Positions 1-11,028 are shown, numbered from the stretch's first letter. The stretch is DNA of 64,000 bases from an uncultured Methanosarcinales archaeon (GCA_964572875.1 CAZNGE010000001.1:24834-88833); one strand, 5' to 3'. Made by a program: numbers and translations. The notes: a model not told the origin generated them from the sequence alone.

Positions 1-2
1 GG

Positions 3-1410
<1,408 letters not shown>

Positions 1411-1453
1411 AACAGCAGAGAGCTTCAGCAAGCATCAGGAAAAGAATATCAAG

Positions 1454-2644
1454 ATGGAACTGCCCACCCTCCATAACATGTACATAGGGAAGAAGCGCGT
1501 CCTAGTCAGGACTGGGTTCGATGTGCCTATAGACGAGAAAGGGAATATCCTGGATGACAGCAGGATCCGCATCTCAGTTCCCACGATAAAATATCTTCTT
1601 GAGCATGGCGCTTCGCAGGTCATTGTCATCACGCACATAGGCAGGCCCAAGGACAAAGAGGCCCACCTGAAGACAGACAGGTTGGCTGCAAAGCTCTCGG
1701 AGCTTATCGGCGCGCAGGTAAAGAAGATAGACAGTCTCGGGGAGAAAGGAATCCCCGCCCCAGAGCAGAGCCGGATCGTGATGCTTGAGAACCTGCGTTT
1801 CGACCCACGGGAGAAGGATAAGGACCCGGAGAAAAGGGATAGTCTCGGAAAGCAGCTCGCATCCCTCGCCGACATATACGTGAATGACTCGTTCTCTACC
1901 TGCCACAGGGACCACGCGTCCATGACATCAGTGCCTAAATTCATCCCGGGCTGCGCAGGGCTGAGCGTTGAACAGGAGGTCTTCACCATCACCAAGGCTC
2001 TGGAAGATCCAGAAAGGCCGTTCATCTCCATCATCGGCGGAGTCAAGGCAGACAAGCTCAACGCGATAGCTAACCTCATAGACAGGGTCGACATGATACT
2101 TGTTGCGGGCGCGCTCGCATTCACCCTCCTGAAACAGTTCGGCAGGGAAGTTGGAAAGACAAAGACAGATACAGAAGGGCTTGCAGGATTCGAAGACCTG
2201 CTGCCCAAGATAAAAGACAATCCGAAAGTCATCCTTCCGGTGGATGCCGTGCTTGCAGACCGGTTCGACAAGGACGCGCAATCCAAGACAGCATCGACAG
2301 ACAGCATGGATCCGGCATGGATGGCGCTCGACATCGGCCCTGAGACGATAAGGATATTCAAGGATAAGCTGGCAGGCGCCAAGACCATAGTCTGGAACGG
2401 GCCGATAGGCGTGTTCGAGTTCGACAGGTTCGCCAATGGCACAAAGGAGATAGCAGAGGCGCTGGCAGATTCAGGCGCGACTGTGATTGTAGGTGGCGGT
2501 GATTCTGGCGCTGCTGTCGAGAAGCTCGGGCTCAAGGAGAAGATGACACTCGTATCATCCGGCGGAGGTGCATCACTGGCCTTGTTTGAGGGCAAGGAGC
2601 TCATAGCTTTAAAAGGTTTGGAACAAAGCATGAAGAAACCATAG
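1454..2644 (+). CDS. pgk: Phosphoglycerate kinase
   Basis: HIGRPK, ENLRF, WNGPIGVFE, GGGDS, SSGGGASL. Start could be 1403. Confidence 0.95.
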   Translation: MELPTLHNMYIGKKRVLVRTGFDVPIDEKGNILDDSRIRISVPTIKYLLEHGASQVIVITHIGRPKDKEAHLKTDRLAAKLSELIGAQVKKIDSLGEKGIPAPEQSRIVMLENLRFDPREKDKDPEKRDSLGKQLASLADIYVNDSFSTCHRDHASMTSVPKFIPGCAGLSVEQEVFTITKALEDPERPFISIIGGVKADKLNAIANLIDRVDMILVAGALAFTLLKQFGREVGKTKTDTEGLAGFEDLLPKIKDNPKVILPVDAVLADRFDKDAQSKTASTDSMDPAWMALDIGPETIRIFKDKLAGAKTIVWNGPIGVFEFDRFANGTKEIAEALADSGATVIVGGGDSGAAVEKLGLKEKMTLVSSGGGASLALFEGKELIALKGLEQSMKKP

Positions 2645-2679
2645 AAAATTATAAAAGAACACAGATTATTCAGAAGGAC

Positions 2680-3648
2680 ATGGCGAAAAAGAGGAAAGCG
2701 AAGAACAAGAAGGCAAAGTATGATGTCATCGCTGTAGGATCTGCCACCATAGACTGCTTCGTGAACCTGCCTGTCGATTTCAGGAACATCAGGCACGGCT
2801 CGAAACTGCTGATCGAGGACATAAAGCTCCTTACAGGAGGCGGAGCGACAAACGTCGCTGTCGGCCTGAGGCGCCTCGGCCTTAAGGTAGGGTTCATAGG
2901 AGAGGTCGGTGACGACCACTCTGCATACATCGTAAGGCGCGACCTCGAGAAGGAAGGCGTCGATTTCCTTGTCAAGCAGCACTCAAGGCACGAGACCGCC
3001 TACTCAGTGATACTCGAGTCAATGGGAAAGGACCGCGCAATACTCGTTTACAAGGGTGCAAGCAGCTATCTCCATCCTGAAGAGGTCAGGAGCATAAACA
3101 AGGACGCTGCATGGTTCTATTTCTCGTCGATGATGGGAGCATCGCTCAAGACCCTGAACACACTCGCGAACTATGCGAAGAGGAACCGCATCAGGGTGTT
3201 CTTCAACCCGAGCAGCTACACCATAGAGAGATGCAGGAAAGAGATGGACAATATACTTTCAGCCACGACGATAATCTCGGTCAATAAGGAGGAGGCGCAG
3301 GCGCTGCTCGGCAGCAGGTCAGACAGGCCGGAAGAGCTCCTGAAAGGCATGAAGGCCCTCGGCCCTGAAGTATGCATCATGACCGACGGCGAGAATGGAG
3401 CTTATGCGTTCGATGGGACGTCATTCGTCCACCAGGAAGCCAGCAGGATAAGGATTGTGGACACTACCGGCGCAGGGGATTCATTCAACTCAGGGTTCCT
3501 TGGAGGATACCTAATAAACAAGAGACTCAATGATGATAAGAGGCTGAGAGCAGCCATGAAGATGGGTGCGGCAAACGCTAAGTCGGTCATCAGCCATGTA
3601 GGGGCCAAGACGGGCCTGCTTACCAGGAGGAAGATGCTAAGATGCTAG
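2680..3648 (+). CDS. PfkB/ribokinase-family carbohydrate kinase (candidate 6-phosphofructokinase by context)
   Basis: GGGATNVAVGLRRLG and DTTGAGDSFNSG PfkB signatures. Lies between pgk and fba. Confidence 0.9.
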   Translation: MAKKRKAKNKKAKYDVIAVGSATIDCFVNLPVDFRNIRHGSKLLIEDIKLLTGGGATNVAVGLRRLGLKVGFIGEVGDDHSAYIVRRDLEKEGVDFLVKQHSRHETAYSVILESMGKDRAILVYKGASSYLHPEEVRSINKDAAWFYFSSMMGASLKTLNTLANYAKRNRIRVFFNPSSYTIERCRKEMDNILSATTIISVNKEEAQALLGSRSDRPEELLKGMKALGPEVCIMTDGENGAYAFDGTSFVHQEASRIRIVDTTGAGDSFNSGFLGGYLINKRLNDDKRLRAAMKMGAANAKSVISHVGAKTGLLTRRKMLRC

Positions 3649-4562
3649 TCACGAACAAGGCGCTCCAGCAGGTTGCGCAGAAGAGGAAGTACGCTGTAGG
3701 TGCATTCAACGTTTATGACATGGAGTCTGTCCAGTCGGTGGTGAAGGCTGCTGAGCTTGAGAGGTCTCCGGCGATCATCGCTACCAGCGAGGGCGCGATA
3801 GAGTATGCAGGTCATGAGTTCATCGCAGACCTGATCAGGCTTGCCGCGGAAAAGTCAAGGATGCCTTTCAGCATGCACCTCGACCATGGCAAGGACATGA
3901 AGATAATAAAAGACTGCATACGTCTGGGCTATACCTCTGTCATGATAGACGCTTCAAAGCATGAGTTCAAGGATAACATAAGGATGACGAGGAAGGTGGT
4001 GGGCATGGCCCACAGGAAAGGGGTCTCTGTCGAGGCTGAGCTGGGAACCATCGGCGGCGTCGAGGACAATGTCTCAGCCAAGACGATCATACTCACAGAG
4101 CCTGATGACGCAAAGGAATTCGTCGGGAAGACCGGATGTGACACCCTCGCGGTCGCGATAGGCACGAGCCATGGCGCTTACAAGTTCGCAGGAAAGTCAA
4201 AGCTCGACATAGCCAGGCTGAAGCTGATAAAGAGGAAAGTGAAGGTCCCTCTCGTTCTGCACGGGGCGTCAGGTATACCGCAGTGGGTGGTCAGGAAAGC
4301 CACTCTTTTCGGTGCGATGCTAGGCAAGGCGAGGGGTGTCTCAGAAGAGGACATAAGAGCGGCTGTCCACAACGGCATCAGCAAGGTCAACATCGACTCG
4401 GACCTGAGGCTTACGTTCGACGCCACAGTCCGGGAAGTGCTGAAGAACAGGCCGGAAGAGTTCGACCCTAGGAAGATCCTCGGCCCCGCAAGGGATGCTA
4501 TCACTGAGATGATAAGGTACAAGATGAGGCTGTTCAGCTCTTCTGGAAAAGTAAAGAGGTAG
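3642..4562 (+). CDS. fba: Fructose-1,6-bisphosphate aldolase class II
   Basis: HLDHG, SVMIDAS, VEAELG, AIGTSHGAYK, LVLHGASG, KVNIDSD. Confidence 0.96.
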   Translation: MLVTNKALQQVAQKRKYAVGAFNVYDMESVQSVVKAAELERSPAIIATSEGAIEYAGHEFIADLIRLAAEKSRMPFSMHLDHGKDMKIIKDCIRLGYTSVMIDASKHEFKDNIRMTRKVVGMAHRKGVSVEAELGTIGGVEDNVSAKTIILTEPDDAKEFVGKTGCDTLAVAIGTSHGAYKFAGKSKLDIARLKLIKRKVKVPLVLHGASGIPQWVVRKATLFGAMLGKARGVSEEDIRAAVHNGISKVNIDSDLRLTFDATVREVLKNRPEEFDPRKILGPARDAITEMIRYKMRLFSSSGKVKR

Positions 4563-4565
4563 AAT

Positions 4566-5231
4566 ATGACAATCATCGTGGTGAATTTCAAGACGTATGC
4601 GCAGGCCACAGGCGAGCGCGCCGTAAAGCTCGCGAAGATATGCGAGAAGGTGGCGAAAGAGAAGAAGATAGACATAATGGTTGCTGTGCAGAACGCAGAC
4701 CTGTTCCATGTATCAAGCGAAGTCTCTATCCCGGTCTTTGCAGAGCATATAGACCCTGTCAAGTACGGCGCCAACACAGGAAAGGACCTTCCCGAAGCGC
4801 TGGTCGAGAACGGCGCGACAGGAGTCCTGATCAACCACTCAGAGGACCAGGATGAGCTTAAGGACATCGAGGGGAGCATAAAGCGCGCGAAAGACATCGG
4901 CCTGAAGACAATTGTCTGCGCCCCGAGCGCTAAGTCGAGCGAGGCTATCGCTGCTTTCGGGCCTGACTTTGTCGCTGTCGAGCCTCCTGAGCTCATCGGG
5001 GGGGACATATCAGTGTCGAAGGCGCAGCCAGGGCTGATATCAGAGACTGTCAAGCTCGTCCATAAGGTAGACGGGAAGATTCCGGTGCTGTGCGGCGCAG
5101 GGATAAAGGACCACGAGGACGTCAGGATAGCGGTGAAGCTTGGCTGTGAAGGCATACTTATCGCGTCCGGCGTGACAAAGGCAGAGGATCCTGAGAAGGC
5201 TCTTCTGGACCTGACAAGGGGGTTTGGATGA
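4566..5231 (+). CDS. tpiA: Triosephosphate isomerase, archaeal short type
   Basis: VNFKTY, INHSE, AVEPPELIG, CGAGI, LIASG; 221 aa. Confidence 0.95.
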   Translation: MTIIVVNFKTYAQATGERAVKLAKICEKVAKEKKIDIMVAVQNADLFHVSSEVSIPVFAEHIDPVKYGANTGKDLPEALVENGATGVLINHSEDQDELKDIEGSIKRAKDIGLKTIVCAPSAKSSEAIAAFGPDFVAVEPPELIGGDISVSKAQPGLISETVKLVHKVDGKIPVLCGAGIKDHEDVRIAVKLGCEGILIASGVTKAEDPEKALLDLTRGFG

Positions 5232-6436
5232 TGCTGCACCTGGACATATCACATCTGGACATAAGGAGATACTCTTCCATCAAATCAAAGCTGGACAGGA
5301 TAAGGAAGATGGAAGTTCCGGCATTTGAGAAGCACAAGGAAGACATCACAAGGCTTACAGCTACGCTCAAGAAGTACAGGAAGTACAGCAACCTGCTCGT
5401 CATCGGAAACGGCGGATCTAACACATCATTCAGGGCATTCCATCAGGCGCTTGTCCCGATGGACAGCAAGAAGAAGGCGTTCATCCTCACGACAATGGAG
5501 CCTGACCTGATCAGCGAGCTGAAGGAGGTTTTTCCGAAAAGAAAGACGCTTGTCATGCCCATCAGCAAATCAGGCACCACGATAGGGGTAATAGAGTCCT
5601 TGCTCGCTTTCGACGGGTACAGGATGCTGCCGGTGACATCGCCAGGAACTGGTGCGCTTTCAGTGATAGCTGAGAAAGAGGGTTTCGAGATGGTTCCGCA
5701 CGCGCCTGTCGGCGGACGTTACTCAGGGCTTACCGCCTCTGCATTCGCGCCTGCCCTGTTCTTCGGCATAGATGTAGAGACCATAGACAACGGAGCCAGG
5801 ACAACGTATAAGTACTGCAATCCGCAGGTGCACATAGACAAGAACCCTGCGTTGCAGCTCGCGGCTTCGCTCTACCTGCTCGACAAGAAGGGATATGACG
5901 AGATATTCTGCCCAATATACTCATCGAAGCTTTCAGGGTTCCAGAACCTCATAGTCCAGCTCATGCATGAGACTGTAGGCAAGAAGAAGAAAGGCCAGAC
6001 CATATTCTGCGCTGACGCCCCCGAGTCCCAGCACCACACCAACCAGCGATTTTTCGGCGGGAAGAGGAACGTGCTGGGTGTCTTCCTGACTGTCGAGAAC
6101 CAGCAGGACAATGACACGAAGGTCAAGGTCCCGCCTTCGATAAGGCAGATCAAGGCGCGTGACGGCACCATAGGAGATGTCAACGGCGTGCCTTATGCCA
6201 AGGCCCTTGAGTACGAGTTCAGGGGAACCTATGAGGATGCGATAGACAAGAAGATACCTGTCGCGCACATAAGCCTCGACAAGGTCTCTGCATTCAGTGT
6301 AGGTGAACTGATGGCATTCTGGCATTACGTTGCAGTATATTCCGCGTGGCTGCGGGACCTCAACCCGTTTGACCAGCCGCAGGTCGAGAGCTCCAAGGAC
6401 ATCAGCTTCAGGCTGAGTAGAATGCACAAGGGATGA
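5228..6436 (+). CDS. pgi: Glucose-6-phosphate isomerase (PGI/SIS superfamily, shortened)
   Basis: IGNGGS, SKSGTT, GGRYS, QLMHETVGK, NPFDQPQVESSK. Confidence 0.88.
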   Translation: MMLHLDISHLDIRRYSSIKSKLDRIRKMEVPAFEKHKEDITRLTATLKKYRKYSNLLVIGNGGSNTSFRAFHQALVPMDSKKKAFILTTMEPDLISELKEVFPKRKTLVMPISKSGTTIGVIESLLAFDGYRMLPVTSPGTGALSVIAEKEGFEMVPHAPVGGRYSGLTASAFAPALFFGIDVETIDNGARTTYKYCNPQVHIDKNPALQLAASLYLLDKKGYDEIFCPIYSSKLSGFQNLIVQLMHETVGKKKKGQTIFCADAPESQHHTNQRFFGGKRNVLGVFLTVENQQDNDTKVKVPPSIRQIKARDGTIGDVNGVPYAKALEYEFRGTYEDAIDKKIPVAHISLDKVSAFSVGELMAFWHYVAVYSAWLRDLNPFDQPQVESSKDISFRLSRMHKG

Positions 6437-6463
6437 GCGACCATTCATGGCCCTAAGAAATAC

Positions 6464-6489
6464 ATTCAAGGATATGATTCAAGGATATG
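6464..6489. repeat. 13-bp tandem duplication ATTCAAGGATATG x2
   Basis: Direct reading of 6464-6476 and 6477-6489, between convergent pgi and hydrogenase genes. Confidence 0.85.
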
Positions 6490-6509
6490 TTCTGGCATTA
6501 ACGTTGAGC

Positions 6510-7784
6510 TCACACCCAATTGACCTTCAGGAAATGCACCGAGCATGAGAAGCAGGGGTCATAGGCCCTTATCAGCTTTTCTATCTCGAAGACGATCTTC
6601 TTATCTCCGAGCTTTATTACAGAAGGCAGGAAAGCCCTTATGTCCTCCTGCATGTTGAGCAGGCTCTGGCAGGTGGGGGTTATGATGTTGGCCTTTGTTA
6701 TGTCCCCTTTCTCGTTTATCTCATAGTCATGTATCAGGATGCCCCTCGGAGCTTCCGTCACTGCTATGCCTCTTGACTTCCTGAACTTCATCTCCGCAGG
6801 GGTCTCTTCCTGGACCTTGAGCTTGCGGCAGATCTCCATGCACCTGTCGATGCTGTGCACCAGCTCCACCGCCTGCGCGAAGTTGTTCATGAAAGGATTC
6901 ATTATAGGGAGCTTGACCTTTGCGTCGGTGAGCAGCTTCTTGGCGTTCTTAGACAGGAACTTGTAATTGTTGTTGAGCCTGGCAAGGGCACCGACCATGT
7001 ACCTCTTGTCCTTCTTGACGACGAAATTCGCTGTCGAATAAGGCTCATGGTACTCCTCCAGGTATTTCAGGTAATCGTCTTTCTTGAACTTGCTGGACTG
7101 GGAGACCAGGCTCCCGTATAAGGTAGGATAAGTGCTGCCGTCTTGGAGCGAGAAGTATTCTGTCTCATTCTCAAACTTAGGGCATTTCAGTTTTGTGAAC
7201 AGGCGGGCGGTCGCTGCAGCGTCCGCCTGGGCGTCCTGCAGCCTTCTCCTGAAATTATCTATCTGCTCCTGCTCAGGTATCTTCAGCATCCCTCCGACCT
7301 GGGCAGACACGGGATGCATGTCCCTGCCTCCGATGGTCGATATGATATCATTGCCGAGCTTGGTGAGCCTGAGTGCCCTCAGGACATCGTTCTTGAACTT
7401 GGGTCCAAGAGCGAGGGCTGATTCCGCACCGACATAGTCGGGCAGCGCTAGGAAATAGAGGTGCGTCGCATGGCTCCGTATCCTCTCTCCGAGAACTATG
7501 AGCTCCCTGAGCATCTTTGTCTGCTCAGAGACCTTTATGCCGAGCGCGTTCTCGACCGCCTGTATCGAGCACATGGTGTGGATGCAGCTGCATATGCCAC
7601 ATATCCTAGATGTCAGCTCAGGAGCCTCATAGCATTTCCTTCCCTTTAGCAGACCCTCGAAGTATCTTGATCCCTCTATCGCGCCGAGTTCACACCGCTT
7701 TACCTCATTCCCGTCGATGGACAGGGTGAGGTTGGCGTGACCCTCTATCTTTGTTATGTGCTCGAGCTTTATTGTCTTTGACAT
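6510..7784 (-). CDS. [NiFe]-hydrogenase large (alpha) subunit, group 3b-like, copy 1
   Basis: ITKIEGH, L1 SRICGICSCIH, EAPRG, L2 YDPCFSCSVH followed by a short cleavable C-terminal tail. Confidence 0.95.
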   Translation of the reverse strand: MSKTIKLEHITKIEGHANLTLSIDGNEVKRCELGAIEGSRYFEGLLKGRKCYEAPELTSRICGICSCIHTMCSIQAVENALGIKVSEQTKMLRELIVLGERIRSHATHLYFLALPDYVGAESALALGPKFKNDVLRALRLTKLGNDIISTIGGRDMHPVSAQVGGMLKIPEQEQIDNFRRRLQDAQADAAATARLFTKLKCPKFENETEYFSLQDGSTYPTLYGSLVSQSSKFKKDDYLKYLEEYHEPYSTANFVVKKDKRYMVGALARLNNNYKFLSKNAKKLLTDAKVKLPIMNPFMNNFAQAVELVHSIDRCMEICRKLKVQEETPAEMKFRKSRGIAVTEAPRGILIHDYEINEKGDITKANIITPTCQSLLNMQEDIRAFLPSVIKLGDKKIVFEIEKLIRAYDPCFSCSVHFLKVNWV

Positions 7785-7805
7785 CTTCAAAAATCTCCTA
7801 CAGTG

Positions 7806-9017
7806 CTATTTCTTCTTGAGCTTCATCCTGCTGAAGAATGATGCCGGTTTCTTGGGCTTTTTCGGCGCCACTTTCTTTGGTGCTTTGTTCTTGACCTTAT
7901 TTTTGACGCAGGTTTTCTTATTTGCAGGCGTTTTCTTTGTTTTCTTCTTCACTGCATTTTTCTTGGCATTCCTCCTGGCAGGCTTCTTCTTGACCCTCTT
8001 CTTCAGCGCTTTCTTCCTTGAAGGATGGCTCTTGGCTTTCCTCTTTGTCTTCTTCACTTTACTGGCTTTCTTCCCCTTCCTGGCCTTTTTGGGCCTCTTC
8101 AGTTTCTTAGCATGCTTCTTCATCTTCTTGTCATGCTTCTTCATCTTCTTGTCATGCTTCTTCATCTTCTTGTCATGCTTCTTCATCTTCTTGGCAGGCT
8201 TTTTCTTCGCTTTATCCTTCTTAGGCCTTATCTTGACCGGCTTGACCATTTTCTGCTTGGGCGGTTTCTCTATCATGAGCCCTGCGAATGTCCTGAGCCT
8301 CTGCTTTATGTGCTCTTTGGTGAATCCTTTCTCTTCAAGAAGCTTTATTATGAGCGGGATGTTCGCGTCAGGTGTAGGTCCTCTGCATCCCCAGCACTCA
8401 AGCCCGCCGTTAGTGCATATGGAATCACAGCCTCCTCTGGTTATGGGGCCAAGGCACATCTTTCCATCGTCGAGAAGACAGCGGTTCTGGTTCAGCCTGC
8501 ACTCGAAGCATACAGGCTTGTCATAATCAACAGGGGTCTTGCCCAGAAGCACGTCCTTTATGAAGTTTAATACCTGCTTCTTGTCTGGAGGGCATCCAGG
8601 TATGTAATGATCCACAGTCACATAATCCTTTATGGGCGTGGCCGGCATGTCCCTCAGTTCCTTGAGCTTCTCATAGACGAGACCTGAATATTTGGAGGGG
8701 TCGATGAAGTTCCTGTATGCGGGGATGCATCCTGTGCAGGCACAGGAACCGAACGCCACAAGAACCTTTGCCCTGCTCCGCACTGATTTTAGGATATCGA
8801 GATCATCATTGCTCGCCACGAGACCTTCTACGAACGCAATGTCTAACTGCTTGTCATCCTTGATTTCCTTCACGAACCTGAATGCCTTTATGTCTATATG
8901 CGCCGCGAGGTCAAGCAGCTCCTCTTCATTGAACAGGAAACTCAGCAGGCACCCATTGCAGCCCGTCAGGTCATAAAACGCTACTGCCGGTTTGTTGCTC
9001 TTATTAGGTCTCGCCAT
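7806..9017 (-). CDS. [NiFe]-hydrogenase small (delta) subunit, copy 1, with ~150-aa Lys-rich C-terminal extension
   Basis: TGCNGC, VEG, GSCA, PGCPP and C-terminal Cys cluster (CFEC...CLGPITRGGCDSIC...CWGCRG), then a K/A/P-rich tail. Confidence 0.93.
   Translation of the reverse strand: MARPNKSNKPAVAFYDLTGCNGCLLSFLFNEEELLDLAAHIDIKAFRFVKEIKDDKQLDIAFVEGLVASNDDLDILKSVRSRAKVLVAFGSCACTGCIPAYRNFIDPSKYSGLVYEKLKELRDMPATPIKDYVTVDHYIPGCPPDKKQVLNFIKDVLLGKTPVDYDKPVCFECRLNQNRCLLDDGKMCLGPITRGGCDSICTNGGLECWGCRGPTPDANIPLIIKLLEEKGFTKEHIKQRLRTFAGLMIEKPPKQKMVKPVKIRPKKDKAKKKPAKKMKKHDKKMKKHDKKMKKHDKKMKKHAKKLKRPKKARKGKKASKVKKTKRKAKSHPSRKKALKKRVKKKPARRNAKKNAVKKKTKKTPANKKTCVKNKVKNKAPKKVAPKKPKKPASFFSRMKLKKK
8111..8193. 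repeat. 21-bp tandem repeat, ~4 copies, encoding KKMKKH(D/A) in the delta subunit tail
   Basis: Unit CATGCTTCTTCATCTTCTTG(T) starts at 8111, 8132, 8153 and 8174. Confidence 0.95.
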
Positions 9018-9025
9018 TTTATGGA

Positions 9026-9865
9026 TCAATCGTTCTTGTACTTGCTTATCTCGTCATACCTGAACACTGGGCCGTCCAGGCAGGTGTATTTCCCGTGTAT
9101 CATGCAGTGGCCGCACACGCCGAGTGCGCAGTTCATCAGCCGTTCCGTGCTTATGTACATCTGGTCCTCCTTGAATCCCTTGCTCTTGAGTATGTCTATG
9201 GTTATCTTCATCATCATAGGCGGCCCGCATATGAAAACTATCTTGTTTTCCGGGTTGAGCTTTGCCTTGTCGAGAAGGTTGGTGATGAAGCACACGTCGC
9301 AGGATATGCTGGCCTTCTTGGGATTCTTGTCGACGCTGAGGTTGAGAAGGTAGTTCTTCTTCCACTGCTTCATATCATCCTTGAACAGGATATCCTCCGG
9401 CGTCCTGAAGCCGAAGTATATCATGACATCGCCGAAGTCGTTCCTGTGCTTGTCGACATACGCAAGTATTCCCTTGAGGGGGGCGACCCCGCTTCCGCCG
9501 CCTATGAGTACGAGGTTCTTGCCGAAGAACCTGTCCATGGGGTATCCTTTGCCACATGGTCCCCTGACGTACAGAGAGTCGCCTTTCTTCAGGTCTGCCA
9601 GCGCCTTGGTGACATTGCCCACCTCCCTTATGTTGAGGTCGAGATGATCGTCAGAGCAGGAAGCGACTGATATAGGCGCCTCGCCTATGCCGGGGAGAGT
9701 GACCTGGAAGAACTGGCCTGGATCGTAGTGTGACTTCAGCGCCAGCCGTATCAGGAAGCAATCCGAACTCTCCCGCCTGTAGAGCGTTATCTTCGCCGGC
9801 TGAGGCAGGTAAGGGTTTCTCATCTTCCCGCCGGGTTCATCAGTCCTTGTCTTTGTCCTTGGCAT
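9026..9865 (-). CDS. Group 3b hydrogenase gamma subunit (FAD/NAD(P)-binding, 2Fe-2S)
   Basis: PGQF, GEAPIS, RGPCGKG, GGGSGVAP, CGPPMM, MNCALGVCGHC...CLDGPVF. Start could be 9823. Confidence 0.93.
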   Translation of the reverse strand: MPRTKTRTDEPGGKMRNPYLPQPAKITLYRRESSDCFLIRLALKSHYDPGQFFQVTLPGIGEAPISVASCSDDHLDLNIREVGNVTKALADLKKGDSLYVRGPCGKGYPMDRFFGKNLVLIGGGSGVAPLKGILAYVDKHRNDFGDVMIYFGFRTPEDILFKDDMKQWKKNYLLNLSVDKNPKKASISCDVCFITNLLDKAKLNPENKIVFICGPPMMMKITIDILKSKGFKEDQMYISTERLMNCALGVCGHCMIHGKYTCLDGPVFRYDEISKYKND

Positions 9866-9902
9866 GAGTTTATCCTCAATAGGTAATCATGAATCCTTTT
9901 CA

Positions 9903-10880
9903 TCAATCCTTCATATCATTCAGTATATTAACGAAATTTATCCTTGTCGGGCATCCTCTTATGCATCTCCCGCAGCCTGTGCATAGGTTCATGCCATGCT
10001 TCTCCCTGAAGTACTGCAGCTGATGGTATATCCTGTGCTTGAACCTGTCTTCCCTCGAGTCCCTGAAGACATGTCCTCCCGCGACTTTCGTGAAGCAGGT
10101 CAGCTGGCATGACGCCCAGTTCCTCTTTCGTTCCACCTTGCTGAGCTTGGAGTCTATCTCATCATATAGGTCAAAGCAGTAGCAGCTCGGGCATAGCGTG
10201 ACGCATGCCGCGCAGCTGAAGCAGATATCTACCCCTTTCTTCCAGTCAGGGCTGTTATAGTATGCTGCGATGTCCCTCTTCTCGAGCTTGAGGTCGGTCT
10301 CCATGCGGCGGTCCTCAGGCGTGAGGAAAAGGTCCGTATCCCAGAAATATTTCCTGTACCTGTCCACGAACGACCTGCCCTTCTCAGACCCGATCTCCAC
10401 GAGGTATGCATCCTCTTTCTCATAGAGCATGAGGTCGTAATAGTCACCGAGGTCCATAGATGAGCAGAAGCAGTATTCGTCGAAAGGCTCCTTGCAGTGG
10501 TAGCCGATAAGGACCGTCCGCTCCCTCTCCTCGGTATAGTACGGGTCTTCTGTCTCTTTCATGAACATTAGGTCCTGGCGTTTTATCGAGTTGAGGTCGC
10601 ACCTCTTAAGGCCCAGCATCACCCTCTGCTTCTTCTCCGGCTGGAGCTCAGGCACAGAGACCTTGCCCTTGTCGAACGACATAAGGGTCTGCCGCTTCTT
10701 GAAGAAGAAATGCTTGACAGGGAAGTATGTATGGAGGTCAAGATGTATCGCTGAAACGTCTTTTATGGTCTCGAACCTGGACTCGTCTGTCATGACCGGC
10801 GCGACAAGCTCGTTGTATCTCATGACATCTGACAAGAAATCATTGAATGACGACTTGTTTATCTTCAGCATATATACCAC
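9903..10880 (-). CDS. Group 3b hydrogenase beta subunit (2x 4Fe-4S)
   Basis: CFSCAACVTLCPSCYC and CTGCGRCIRGCP. Beta-gamma-delta-alpha order as in sulfhydrogenase operons. Confidence 0.92.
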   Translation of the reverse strand: MVYMLKINKSSFNDFLSDVMRYNELVAPVMTDESRFETIKDVSAIHLDLHTYFPVKHFFFKKRQTLMSFDKGKVSVPELQPEKKQRVMLGLKRCDLNSIKRQDLMFMKETEDPYYTEERERTVLIGYHCKEPFDEYCFCSSMDLGDYYDLMLYEKEDAYLVEIGSEKGRSFVDRYRKYFWDTDLFLTPEDRRMETDLKLEKRDIAAYYNSPDWKKGVDICFSCAACVTLCPSCYCFDLYDEIDSKLSKVERKRNWASCQLTCFTKVAGGHVFRDSREDRFKHRIYHQLQYFREKHGMNLCTGCGRCIRGCPTRINFVNILNDMKD

Positions 10881-10894
10881 TTTTTATTTTATGA

Positions 10895-11020
10895 GCAGTG
10901 CCACCGCGAATTCACGAGGCGCTTTAGCAACAACAATGCGGGCGTTGTCGGGGGACGCCCCATCCGGGGAGACAGCCCCTTCAGCGGATTATTCGCACGC
11001 CGAGCCTCGCGTGGCGCTGC
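10895..11020. repeat. Fold-back intergenic element A (dispersed family)
   Basis: GCAGTGCCAC-C-GCGA (10895-10909) pairs with TCGCGTGGCGCTGC (11007-11020). One G-T pair and one bulged C. Confidence 0.7.
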
Positions 11021-11028
11021 GACTTTTT

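Noticed and set aside
1435..2982. 515-aa minus-strand ORF and many similar long antisense ORFs (e.g. 4178..5239, 54806..55993)
   Set aside because: Shadows of well-supported genes on the opposite strand; Ser/Phe/Leu-rich with no motifs.
8111..8193. Possible CRISPR array
   Set aside because: Head-to-tail 21-bp repeats without spacers, in frame within a CDS; no cas genes in the window.
7756..8526. 256-aa Phe/Leu-rich + strand ORF resembling a membrane protein
   Set aside because: It is the antisense reading of the Lys-rich hydrogenase tail.
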